A stretch of DNA of 39,053 nucleotides, taken from the NCBI RefSeq assembly GCF_004010195.1, contig NW_025214106.1, positions 1-39,053 of the forward strand, in the 5' to 3' direction. Source of the stretch: Chiloscyllium plagiosum (taxonomy: Eukaryota). Position numbers and translations under genes: made by a program. The notes under the pieces were generated by a model, which was not told where the DNA came from, searched no databases, and saw only the letters and a program-made list of their open reading frames with translations. Shown one piece after another: positions 22,462 through 34,310 of this stretch (position 1 is the stretch's first letter; every line of letters starts with the position of its first letter).

Positions 22462-23361
22462 TGTGAAATGGACCCCAGCTTTGACTAAAGTCTCTGTGCT
22501 AACCCATATGCTGCAGAATCCAGACGGGCTGCAGAAACCCACAGACGGTTAGATTAGATTATGTTAGATTAGATTACTTACAGTGTGGAAACAGGCCCTT
22601 CGGCCCAACAAGTCCACATCGCCCCGCCGAAGCGCAACCCACCCATACCCCTGCATTTACCCCTTACCTAACACTACGGACAATTTAGCATGGCCAATGT
22701 ACCTGACCTGCACATCTTTGGACTGTGGGAGGAAACAGGAGCAACGGGAGGAAACCCACGCAGACACGGGGACAACGTGCAAACTCCACATAGTCAGTCA
22801 CCTGAGGCGAGAATTGAACCTGCTAACCACTGTGCCACCATCGAGCCCGGTCAACTTCTAGTGGGGTGGTTTGCAACAAACCTGAAACTACAGATCCTGT
22901 AATACTCACCTGAAGTTGGACCTGAATGGGACAATGGAATGTTGCCCTTGAGCCAACCCATGGTTGAGTCTGATTGATCAGGGTAAATTAACCTGATCAT
23001 TCCATTGACAGATCCTCCTTACCTTCCCAAAAGGGCGTGAAGACTTGGAAGGATAAGAATCACCACAAAACCCGACGCAGTAACTGGAGAATAACCAGGG
23101 AAAGAGAAGACACATCCAAGATCATCATAAGAACAAGAAGACATCACCAAGTCGAGCCTGGTCAACTTCTAGTGGGGTGGTTTGTGATCATCCAAAGTTA
23201 AGTTAAAGCATAAGATAATGTGTAGCGTTTATCATTGTGTTATAATACGTTTTATTGTTCTAATATTAATTGTGTTCAAAAAACAACTATTGTTTGTAAG
23301 AGTTAACTCGGTTCTTTTGCTGAATATAAGATTTCAATCACACGGTGCACCAGAAACCACA
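22462..23361 (+). mobile_element. Solo LTR-like segment containing an HE1 SINE
   Basis: TGTG...CACA termini, non-coding, AT-rich 3' part; no TSD seen. Confidence 0.4.
22549..22840 (-). mobile_element. HE1-like V-SINE with (TCTAA)n tail
   Basis: V-domain, CR1-shared 3' end and TTAGA repeats at 22549-22575. Confidence 0.92.
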
Positions 23362-23474
23362 CCTTCCTAATTGCTGACTCAACCTACAAGTTTACCTTGA
23401 GACAATCCTGAACTGGAACTCGCAACTCTCTTTGCACTTCAGACTTCTGATTTTTCTCTCCACTTACAAAGTAG

Positions 23475-24490
23475 TCTATGCCTGTCGTCTTCCTACTAAT
23501 GTGCATCACCTCGCACTTTCCCAAGTTGTACTCCATCTGCCACTTCTTTGCCCACTCTCGTAATAGTTATTTAGTTTCTCATCTATTATTTGTTCCATTG
23601 ACTATCTCTCCAGCGTCATTTTCCAGTGCCTCAATATCCACTTCTGCTTCTCTTTTGCCCTTTATATGTCTAAAGGAACTCTTACAGTTGTCCTTTATAT
23701 CACTGGATAGCTTAACCTTATATTTAATCTTCTCCGTCCTTATTTCTTATATTGGTGCCATCTGTTCATCTTTGAAGCTTCCAAATCTTCTGGTTTCGCA
23801 CTGCTATTTGCTATGTTATCCTCTTTCTATTTTCCTTTTACGCTAGCCATGACTGTCCCAGTCATCCATGGTTGCCTCATCCTCGCTGTGCAATGCATCT
23901 TTTGCCTCGGGATAAATCTCTGTTGTGACTTCTAAATTGCTCCGAGAAACTCCCGCCATTATTGTTCCACTGTCTTTCCTGCTCGGCTCCTCTCCCAGTC
24001 AATTCTATCCAGCTCCTCCCTTGTGTCTTTGAAGGTGTCTTTAGTTAGCTGTAATATTAACTCCGATTCTACTTTCTCCCTCTCAAATTGAAGAGTAGGT
24101 TCAATCATAGTATGATCACTGCCTCCGAAAGTTCCTTCACCTTAAGCTTCCTTATCAAGTCTGCCTCACTGCACAGCTCTAAATCCAGTATTGCCCGTTC
24201 CCTCGTTGCCTGCACCATAAGCTGCTCCAAAAAGCCATCTTTTAGACATTCCACAAATTCCTTTCCTGGCAAACCACTACCACTGATTTTCCCAGTCCAC
24301 CTGCATATTGGAATCCCCCCAGTCACTGTAACTTTGCCTTTCCTTCATACCGTTTCTATCTCCTCGTCTATCATGCGCCCCAGCTTCTGACTATGATTTG
24401 TCGACCTGTACATAACTCCAACTACGGGTTTTCACCTTTACAGTTCTTCAATTCTACCCACACACATTCCACACCATCTGACTCCATTTT
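23475..24490 (-). mobile_element. Decayed CR1 ORF2 (EN region, plus small RT piece)
   Basis: GKEFVECLKDGFLEQLMVQATRERAILDL on the minus strand. Confidence 0.85.
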
Positions 24491-24657
24491 AAGTAATGAA
24501 ACTGAGTGATGCGACTGCCAAACACTTTAGCATTGTCTCAAATTTATAGTTTAGATGTGGAGTAATAATATTTCATTGTCAATTACTTTGCAATATGGCC
24601 ACAGTGTATTTCTTTGGCCAAATACTCTGTCTTTATTACAGAAGAATACAAACTTCA

Positions 24658-24864
24658 GCGTGGGTTTCCTCCGGGTGCTCCGGTTTCCTCCCACAGTCCA
24701 AAAATGTGCAGGTTAGATGAATTGGCCATGCTAAATTGCCCGTAGTGTTAGATGAAGGGGTAAATGTAGGAGAATGGGTCTGGGTAAGTTGCGCTTCGAC
24801 GGGTCAGTGTGGACTTGTTGGGCCGAAGGGTCTGTCTTCACACTGTAACTAATCTAAAAAAAAC
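24658..24864 (+). mobile_element. 5'-truncated HE1-like V-SINE
   Basis: GCGTGGGTTTCCTCCGGGTGCTCCGGTTTCCTCCCACAGTCCAAA..GGACTTGTTGGGCCGAAGGG..CTAATCTAAAAAAAA. Confidence 0.92.
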
Positions 24865-24869
24865 TTGAA

Positions 24870-26420
24870 ACTGTTCGAGAAGGAAGATATGAACAGGACA
24901 TGCGTCTATAAGGAGATTAAGGTGGGTCAAGTGAACAGGCAAATACTGGTGTATGAAACATAGTAGGAAAAATGTGTCTGTGCTAAAAGATATTGGCGGG
25001 TTGAATGGAAACGTAGTATATTATTTCAGTGGAGAGATTGGCTTTAGGCACAGAGGAACCGGGCACTTGGATTACAAAATAAAAATTTTACGTGTACAAC
25101 AAATTTTTAGGGAGGTAAGACAAATGTTGAAACTTTCTGAAACAGAATACATTTAAACGTTGGGACGATTTTGTAAAGATTTACAATGTAGTGGTGTAAC
25201 CACATCGAGAGAGCGATGGCCACAATGATATGAAATGCAATCCAGAGAAGATTCACTCAGCTGACTCCTGGGAGGAGCGTTTATTTCACGAGGAAATCTT
25301 GAAATGACTGGCTCTGGATCTGCTGAGGTTTAGGCAAACAACATGTGGTCTTGCTTAACCTCAAAATATTCCAAGTAGTCTTTCAAGTTGAAATCTAAAA
25401 CAATATTTCAGCTTATGTGAGAGATTACCACGAGTGGTTGGAGAGTAAAACAGAAAAATGTCTCTGTTAAGAAGATGGTGATTTGGTGTCATCCTCTCAG
25501 AGAGTTAAGACCATAAGACCGTAAGACATAGGAGTGTAAGTAAGGCCTTTAGGCCCATCGAGTCCACTCCGCCATTCAATCATGGCTGATGTGCATTTCA
25601 GCTCCACTTACCAGCGTTCTGCCCATAGCCCTTAATTCTTCTAGACAACAAGAATCTATCAATCTCGGCCTTGAAGACATTTAGCGTCCCGGCTTCCACT
25701 GCACTCCGTGGCAATGAATTCCACAGGCCCACCACTCTCTGGCTGAAGAAATGTCTCCGCATTTCTGTTCTGAAATGACCCCCTCTAATTCTAAGGCTGT
25801 GTCCACGGGTCCTAGTCTCCTCGTTTAGCTGAAACAATTTCCTAGCATCCACCTTTTCCAAGCCATGTATTATTTTGTACGTCTCTATTAAGTCTCCCCT
25901 TAATCTTCTAAACTCCAACGAATACAATCCCAGTATCCTCAGCCGTTCCTCATATGTTAGACCTGTCATTCCAGGGATCATCCGTGTGAATCTCCGCTGG
26001 ACACGTTCCAGTGCCAGTATGTCCTTCCTGAGGTGTGGGGACCAAAACTGGACACAGTACTCCAAATGGGGCCTAACCAGCGCTTTATAAAGTCTTAGTA
26101 GTACATCTCTGCTTTTATATTCCAACCCTCTTGAGATAAGAGACAACATTGCATTCGCTTTCTTAATCACGGAGTCAACCTGCATGTTTACCTTTAGAGA
26201 AGTTTCTTTGTACAATTCTCTTCCCAGATAGCGATGGAGGATAAGGCATTGAATATTACTAAGGCAGAGGCAGGCAGATTCTTGACTAAAAATTATGCAC
26301 GAACATTGTAAGGGCAAATGAGGAATGTGCGATTGAGGTCACAATCAGATCATCCACGACCTTACCACATGATGGAGTTGTTTTGATTCCTTACTCCTGA
26401 TGCTAGGTTTTACATTTATG
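24870..26420 (+). mobile_element. Old, decayed CR1 3' region split by a younger CR1
   Basis: CAATCCAGAGAAGATTCACTCAGCTGACTCCTGG (QRRFTRLIPG-like); the 3' end resumes after 26200. Confidence 0.6.
25507..26200 (-). mobile_element. Young 5'-truncated CR1 3' end with uninterrupted ORF2 C-terminus
   Basis: About 200 stop-free codons (SLKVNMQVDSVIKKAN..RPHLEYCVQFWSP..GKWS*); (TAAGACCA)-type tail on the + strand; approximate TSD AGAGA(A)GTT. Confidence 0.95.
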
Positions 26421-26693
26421 TTGTCTTTAAATACTGAAAATAAAATAACACAGTTCTCACAATTTCAAAGACAGCGACAAACTCTTCAGATCAACAAAAT
26501 GCCCTTCTTGTTTAATAATTATTAGAAAATCGGATTTTCTTTTTAGTTCATTTGGGATTTTAATGGAGCCAGACCAGCATTAATTGCCCTTGAGAAGTTC
26601 CAGTCCAGTTGATGTTGGTCCATCCAAGTGGCTGTTGGGAGGGAGTGCCAGCAGTGCATCTCATGTGCCGGTTTAACTGGGAGTAAATATTAC

Positions 26694-27082
26694 TGGTGAG
26701 GAACAGCTCGCAATGTAGCAGACTCTTTGTCAATACGAATACATGGGAAGGAATTTATTAGTCTTCAGAGAAATAACAACCTTACACGAGAAGTCTATAT
26801 AATAACGAAGCGAAGTCTGTTTCTATGTTATTGGTGAACTTAAAATAATGGTTTCAAACAGCTGGAATAATGTTGATGCTGTGTTCCTTACACTGAGCAT
26901 GTGAATTATCCTGGATGATTTCAGAGATGGCTGGCTTGTCCTAGGTTGAGTAAGTGCTGATACTCCATGGGATGATGCTTGTTTGTAATCTCACCACTGA
27001 CTGAGCACAGTTCGTTGGAACAAACCAAGTCCAGTTGATTGCTGCTTCAGAACATATCAGACATTTCATGGCTGCCACCACA
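26694..27082 (-). mobile_element. Solo LTR-like segment
   Basis: Minus strand runs TGTGGTGGCAGCC...GTTCCTCACCA, with TATATA (~26796) upstream of AATAAA (~26754); no TSD seen. Confidence 0.45.
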
Positions 27083-27099
27083 TGGAATCATGTAAAAAA

Positions 27100-27420
27100 G
27101 ACAAGGCCCGTCGAGTCTGCACCACCCAGTGCTGATACAAGTGTTTTATAATGTTTGTGAAGTTACCTTCCTGAACCATCTTCCCAGGCAATGCATTTGT
27201 GACACATATCATGCTATGGGTTCGAAACAGATTTCACAAATCATCTGTAAGTATCTTCTCTTTGACTTCAAACGTATTTCCCATTGTTTTTGACCCTTTA
27301 ACTAAGGGGAATAGTTGTTGTCTGTTCACTCGTCCCATACCTCTCATGCTATAATACACCTCGGTCAGGTTCACCTCTCACCTTTCTCTGCTCCAAAAGC
27401 AAATCTAACCTATCTTCATG
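27100..27420 (-). mobile_element. Decayed CR1 3'-end fragment
   Basis: Collinear with the 3' ends of other minus-strand CR1 copies (GGCCCGTCGAGTCTGC..CAGGTTCACCTCTCACC). Confidence 0.55.
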
Positions 27421-27989
27421 GTTTGTGTTCTCCCTTGGAAGATGTAACAAGACAAAGTGCAGCATCTCACATATTTCAGTGTTACCTTTTATCAGTCATT
27501 GATCTGGCCATCTGAAAATCTGTTTATACCCTCCTGTAACCAACAGGTTCCTGCTCACTGTGACCCACCTGGATAATCATTGTGTCATCTACAACATTGT
27601 TTATCATCGTCCAACATTGTTTATCATCCGCTAACACCCCCCCCCCCCCACATATACCACATTTTTATCATCACAATTTATGAATTTCAGAAACAAACCT
27701 TCATTTTCCTCATGTTCTCCCGATGTGGTTGCAGAATTCTAGTCTCTTGTTTTTCCTATTTTGCTGAATTTACACCATGAATCAGTTGTGGTCTTTTGTG
27801 AGGGAGCCACAAACAGTATTTTGGACATGGAGATGAATTCTGCTTTTATACTCCTCTGCATGTATTATTCATAATGCTCGGACATAATTAATATTGGACT
27901 AGCGTTTGGAACCTTGCCCTGCAGCATTTTCATTTTACGTGGGCCTGCAGCTTATTCTTTACAACATTCGCTGCAATAGTCAGAGCTGA

Positions 27990-29100
27990 AAGAACTTTTT
28001 CATCTGCAGGATGGACACAGGCTCATTCATTATTTTTGTTTCAAAGAGCTAAAGCAATGATGATAAAGATTGAATTAAATTCTGGATTATAAACACACTA
28101 TAGAAGATCAATTCACGTTCTCATTTCTACACTGAATTGGAAGCAAATTAAAAGAACAAACACCCACCGTTCAGAATATTGTTTGAAAAGTGATGTCATG
28201 TTGAAATAATGCATTAAGGAAGACCATGCATCAAATTTCTTTTGAATATTGCGAGGATATTGTTCAAGCAAACAGTGTTCTTGTCTTTTGCTCCTTATTC
28301 TTTCAACTGATCTGCCCGTTTAATTTGAGGTGAGATCAGAGTGACTTCCCTTTCAATCGAAGCAGGACTTGTCTGAAGGTGGAATCAAGGACCTGATAAA
28401 AACTGTGATTAATGGTAATTAAAGAACCTTCTGCACTGGGAATGGGAACAAGAGAAAAATCAGTCTCTGAAAGGTATCTTCCAAGTTGCATGTCATCCTA
28501 ACTAGGGATTAATTTGCTGTTCCTTCACACGCATATGTTAAAAATCTTGGAATGTCCCTACAAACAGGTCTATCTGGATCTGCATCACTTTGGATTGAAG
28601 AGGTAAAACAGGGCAACTCTGTGTCACTTATTCCAGAGCCATTGAGGATGACAAATAAACTCTGCCCTTGCTAGTGCCTTCCAAAACCCTGGATGAATAT
28701 GTCTTGTTAAAAAATACAAAGATATTTTATGTTTTCATAGATATATGGAAACTCTCGGAAAGGTAAGATCTTGCTGGATGAGTACGATGCCAGTGACATC
28801 AGGAGCATGATAAGACATTGATAACAATTGGGATCAGTACTTCAACCAGTGACTTTCAGAGGATTGATCATGTGATGTCATGACCACCGTGTTCAACATT
28901 TTCATAATGCACTATGACAACGGCAATAAACTATCGGTATTTGGGGAGCTGTCAGGCACATAGTTTTTCATTTTTCATTCAAAAACCATAACCAAATTCT
29001 TGAGCGTGAACAGAAATGGCAGCTTCGCTGTTCCCTTTCAGATCAGACATCTATCTACTGTCCAAAAGAGTAACTAAGTTGAAAGTGCAGGAAAACATTT
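27990..29100 (+). mobile_element. Possible extremely decayed RTE-clade LINE RT
   Basis: Collinear weak motifs FLLNIARILFK, IWKL, VMTTVFNIF and FRSD..TKLKVQE; cf. RTE motifs SLLSIAGKILARIL, LWKLL, VMAPTLFNIF and RTDG..TKV..VRELLFADD. Confidence 0.35.
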
Positions 29101-29247
29101 GCAGGTTCTGAACAGAGAGAAACACAATTACGTTTTTGATTCCAATATGAGTTTTTCAGAAGAGGATCATATCAGACTCAATATGCTGCCTCTGTTTCTA
29201 CCTCCAGATCCTGACTCATCTGTGGTGTTTTGTCACTGTTTACTGTT

Positions 29248-31990
29248 TAGAACACAGAACAGTACAGCAGAGAACAGGCCCTTCAGCCCACGATGTTGTG
29301 CCGACCATTGATCCTCATGTGAGGTAAACCTAATGTACGAACTCTCAAATTTGTGTGACAATACGCATGTCCAGCAGTCTCTTAAATATCCCCAATGACC
29401 TCGCTTCCACAAGTGCTGCTGGCAACGCATTCCATGCTCTCACAACTTTCTGCGGAAAGAACCCGTCTCTGACATCTGCTCTATACTTTCCGCCAAACAG
29501 CTTAAAAATATGACCCCTCGTGTTAACAATTTCTCCCCTGGGAAAAGGTTTCTGGCTATCAACTCTATCTATGCCTCTCATTATCTTGTACAATTCAATT
29601 GGGTCCCCTCTCTTCCTTCTTTTTTACAACGGAAAAAGTCCGAGCTCAGTCAACCTCTCTTCGTAAGATAAGCTGGTAAACCTCCTCTGAACCCTCTCCA
29701 GAGCATCCACATCTTTCCTATAATAGGGCGACCAGAACTGGACGCAGTATTCCAAGTGCAGTCTAACCAAAGTTTTATAGAGCTGCAACAAGATCTCACG
29801 ACTCTTAAACTCAATCCCCCTGTTAATGAAAGCCAAAACACCATATGCTTTCTTAACAACACTGTCCACCTAGGTGGCCATTTTAAGGGATCTATGTATG
29901 CACACCAAGATCCCGCTGTTCGTCCACAGTGCCAAGAATCTTATCCTTAATCCTGTACTCAGCTTTCCAATTCGACCTTCCAAAATACATCACCTCGCAT
30001 TTATCCAGTTTGAATTCCATCTACCACCTCTCAGCCCATCTCTGCATCCTGGCAATGTCATGCTACAGCCTACAACAGACCTGTATACTGTCAATGATAC
30101 CTCCAACCTTTGTGTCCGCTGAAAACTTGCTAAACCATCCTTCAATCTCCTCATCCAAGTCATTAATAAAACTTACAAAGAGTCGAGGCCGAAGAACAGA
30201 GCACTGTGGAGCACCATTCACCACTTACTTCCAGGTAGAATATTTTCCTTCCACTTCCACTCGCTGTCTTCTGTCGACCAGCCAATTCTGTATCCAGAAA
30301 GCTGAATTTCCCTGTATCCCATTCCTCCTGACCTTCTCAACGAGCCCTACCATGGGGAACCTTATCAAATGCCTAACTGAAGTCCAGATACTCAACATCC
30401 ACTGCTCGACCCTCATCAACTTGTCTAGTAACATCCTCAAAGAACTCAATAAGATTTGTGAGGCATGACCTGCCCCTCACAAAGCTGTGCTGACTGCTTT
30501 TAATCAAGCCATGCTCTTCCAGATGGTCATTAATCCTAACCCTCAGAATCCTTTCTAACACCTTGCAGATGACAGACGTGAGACTGACTGGTCTGTAATT
30601 TCCGAGGATTACCCTATTTCTTTTCTTGAATAGAGGAATTACATTTGTCTCCATCCAGTCCTCTGGTACGAATCCAGTGGAGAGTGAGGATGCAAAGATC
30701 TTCGCAAGTGGAGAAGCCATCACATTTCTCGCTTCCCATAGCAGCCGAGGACAAATCTGGTCTGGCCCTGGCGACTTGTTAATATTAATGTTTGTCAAAA
30801 TTTTCAACACATCCGCGTTCTCAATCTATCTGTTGCTGCATGCTTACCTGCTCCTCAATGGTTTAATTCACTACAAGGTCCTTTGCTTTCGTAAAGACAG
30901 AAGCAAAAAACTCACTTAGGGCTTCCCCTACCTCCTCAGACTCTATACACAAGTTCCCTATGCTATCCCTGATCGCCCCTACACTTTCTTTGATCATTCT
31001 CTTATTCCTCAGATATGTGCAAATGCCTTTAGATTCTCCCTAATCCTTCCTGCCAAGCCTTTTTCCTGCCCCCTCCTGACTCTCCTCAGACCATTTTTGA
31101 GCTCCTTCCTTGCCTGCCTGTAATCCTCTCGAACTGAGCAAGACCCTTGCTTCCTCCACCTTATGTAAGTTGCCTTCTTTCTTTTGACGAGAAGCTCCTC
31201 CGCTCTCGTCATACAAGGTTCCGTTATCTTACCCCTTCTTGCCTGTCTCAGAGAAACACATTTGTGCATCACTCGCAACAACTGTTCCTTAAACTGTCTC
31301 CACATGTCTATAGTGCCCTTTCCATGGAACAATTGCTCCCAGTCCATGCTTCACAATGCAGTCTGATGGTATCATAGTTTCCTTTTCCCCAACTAAATAT
31401 CCTCACATTGTACCTGCTTCTCTCCTCCTCCATAGCTATGTAGAATATGAGGCAGTTGTGCTCACTATCACCAAAATGCTCTCCCACCGCAAGATCTGAC
31501 ACCTGCCCCAGCTCATTACCGAATCCTTTCCCTTCATCGGCCTGTCAACATAGTGAGTTAGGAAACCTTCCTGAACACACCTTACAAAAACAGCTCCTTC
31601 CAAACCATCTGCTGGAAGGAGGTCCCAATCAATATTAGGAAAATTAGTCAACCATTACAACTACCCTATTCCATTCACACTTTTCCAAACTCTGCCGACC
31701 TATGCTTTCTTTAATCTCCCTACTTCTATTGGGGGGCTGTAGTAAACCCCTAATGAGGTTATTGCTTCCTTACTGTTCCTAATTTCCACCCATACTGACT
31801 CAGTAGGCAGACTTTCCTCGCTAATGGTAACTTCTGTAGCTGTGATACCCTCTCTGATTAGCAGTGCTACACCCCCTCCTCTTTTTACCTCCTCCCTATT
31901 CTTTTTAAATGTTCTAAACCCTGGAACAGTCACCAACCATTCCTGCCCCTGAGAAACCCACGTCTCTGTTTTGGCCACAACATCATCGCT
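29248..31990 (-). mobile_element. CR1 LINE near-complete ORF2 (APE + RT + 3' tail); pseudogenised
   Basis: TETWVSQGQEW..KRGGGVALLI, FPNIDW, KSPGPDQICPRLL, SCLTNLIEFFEDV and LEYCVQFWSPYY. Confidence 0.97.
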
Positions 31991-32074
31991 CTAAGCTCAC
32001 TTTTAATTACATTTTCCCCAGTACTACAGCGCGCAGTGACTCCGTTTCGTGGGAGGGGGCAGGGATGGGGGAAA

Positions 32075-33398
32075 GGTGTCTCAGTGGTTAGCATGGTTGT
32101 TTCACAGTACTAGGGACCCTGATTGGGGGACAGCGGGAGGGGGAGGGTGCATGGCGACTCAGTAGTTAGCACGGCTGTCTCTCAGTACCAGGGACCCGGT
32201 TTGTGAGGGAGGTGGAGGGGGGCATAGTGTCTCAGTGTTTAGTACGGCTGTCTCACAGTACCAGGGACCCGGTTGGAGGGATGGGGTGGGGAATTGGGAT
32301 ATGGTGTCTCAGTGGTTAACACAGCTGTCTCAAAGTACCAGGGAGCCGGTTTGGGGGAGGGGAGGGGGGCACGGTGTCTCAGTGGTGAGCGCAGCTGTCT
32401 CACAGTACCAGAGACACGGTTTGGGGGGGAGTGNNNNNNNNNNNNNNNNNNNNNNNNNNNNNNNNNNNNNNNNNNNNNNNNNNNNNNNNNNNNNNNNNNN
32501 NNNNNNNNNNNNNNNNNNNNNNNNNNNNNNNNNNNNNNNNNNNNNNNNNNNNNNNNNNNNNNNNNNNNNNNNNNNNNNNNNNNNNNNNNNNNNNNNNNNN
32601 NNNNNNNNNNNNNNNNNNNNNNNNNNNNNNNNNNNNNNNNNNNNNNNNNNNNNNNNNNNNNNNNNNNNNNNNNNNNNNNNNNNNNNNNNNNNNNNNNNNN
32701 NNNNNNNNNNNNNNNNNNNNNNNNNNNNNNNNNNNNNNNNNNNNNNNNNNNNNNNNNNNNNNNNNNNNNNNNNNNNNNNNNNNNNNNNNNNNNNNNNNNN
32801 NNNNNNNNNNNNNNNNNNNNNNNNNNNNNNNNNNNNNNNNNNNNNNNNNNNNNNNNNNNNNNNNNNNNNNNNNNNNNNNNNNNNNNNNNNNNNNNNNNNN
32901 NNNNNNNNNNNNNNNNNNNNNNNNNNNNNNNNNNNNNNNNNNNNNNNNNNNNNNNNNNNNNNNNNNNNNNNNNNNNNNNNNNNNNNNNNNNNNNNNNNNN
33001 NNNNNNNNNNNNNNNNNNNNNNNNNNNNNNNNNNNNTGTTTACCCGGCTGTCTCACAGTACCAGGGACCCGGTTTGGGGGGGGGGGTGGTGAGGCGAGGC
33101 ATGGTGTCTCAGCGGTTAGCACGGCTGTCTCACAGTACGAGGGACCAGGTTTGAGAGAGAGGGGGAGGAAGACATGGTGTCTCAGTGGTTAGCACGGCTG
33201 TCTCACAGTACCAGGGACCCGGCTTGGGGGTGGGGGAGGGGACATGGTGTCTCAGTGGTGAGCACGGCTGTCTCACAGGACCAGGGACCAAGTTTTGGGG
33301 GAGGGGGAGAGGGGCATGTTGTCTCAGTGGTTAGCACAGCTGTCTCACTGTATCAGGGACCCAGTTTGTGGGGAAGGGGAGGGGGCTGGTGTCTCACT
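32075..33398 (+). repeat. G-rich tandem array (~70-78-bp units) derived from the SINE tRNA-like head; spans gap
   Basis: Unit CATGGTGTCTCAGTGGTTAGCACGGCTGTCTCACAGTACCAGGGACCCGGTTT followed by a G-run linker; 5 units before the gap and about 5 after. Confidence 0.92.
32434..33037. other. Assembly gap (N run) inside the tandem array
   Basis: Run of N. Confidence 1.
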
Positions 33399-33399
33399 G

Positions 33400-34310
33400 C
33401 CTTTGACATCTTCCAAAACCTTTCTCAAAACACCTTAAAATTATTCTCACCTCGTGACAACAATTTCCACCCTAGAAAGAAGTCTCTGGCTATTTACTCT
33501 GTCTGTAACTCTCACCATCTTGTTCGGCTTTATCAATTTACCTCTCATCCTTCTTTACTCCAATGAGAAAAGCCATAGCTCCCTCAATCTTTCTTCATAA
33601 GACAAGCCCTCTAGTCCAGGCAGCATCCTGGTAAATCTCCTCGACACCCGCTCCACATCCTTTCTATAATGAGGCGATCAGAACGTTTCAAATGTGGTCT
33701 CACCAGGGTTTTATAGACCTGCAGCATAATCTCCCGGCTGTTAAACTCAATCCCGCTGCTAATGAAAGCCAGCACAACATACGCCTTCTTCACAACCCTG
33801 TCAACTTAGGTGGCAACTGAGACACCGACAGACACGGACACCAAGATTCGTTTGTTCCTCCACAATGCTACGAATACTGCACTTGACCCACCTTGTTATA
33901 GGAAAGATGTACAAGCTATAGTGAGGGTGCAGAGATATCCTTACGGATCAACAGAAATATTGACACATATCACACGAGTGAATGAAATATTGAGGAAGTC
34001 ACCACGCTAAAAATAAATACTGGCAGATTCTCCATGTCTGTGGTGTGTCTGTGCTGACGCCTGTATATCTATGTGTGCACGTACATCTGTGTATCGGGAT
34101 TTGACCCAGTAATCTGCATTCAAATTCGACTTCCAAAATGAATCTCTTCACAAAATAGGAAATTGGAACAGAATTAGGCCATTTAACCCCTTGGATCTGC
34201 TGAGCCGTTTGATCACGGTTAAAATGTTTCTCAGTCACATTCACCTGCCTTCATCAACTGACCATTGATTCCCTTATTCATGAAAAACATACTTATCTCT
34301 ATCTTAAAGA
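33400..34310 (-). mobile_element. CR1 3' fragments, interrupted by a 215-bp insert
   Basis: KKAYVVLAFISSGIEFNSREIMLQVYKTLVRPHL; CR1 sequence resumes at ~34104. Confidence 0.8.

Noticed and set aside
28168..28392. Minus-strand 225-nt segment with acceptor- and donor-like ends
   Set aside because: Stops occur in all three frames, there is no recognisable domain, and the opposite strand looks like a decayed RTE.
28741..29069. Apparent + strand micro-exons 28741-28762 (TAG|..|GTAAGA) and 29042-29069 (CAG|..|GTAACT)
   Set aside because: Their peptides (IWKL.., RSD..TKLKVQE) fall collinearly within weak RTE-like RT motifs, and there is no supporting gene context. Only RNA-seq could rescue them.
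32075..33398. CRISPR-like repeat-spacer appearance, or a tRNA gene cluster
   Set aside because: The DNA is eukaryotic, the linkers are low-complexity G-runs rather than unique spacers, and there are no cas genes. The units lack a B-box/T-arm and a 3' acceptor stem.
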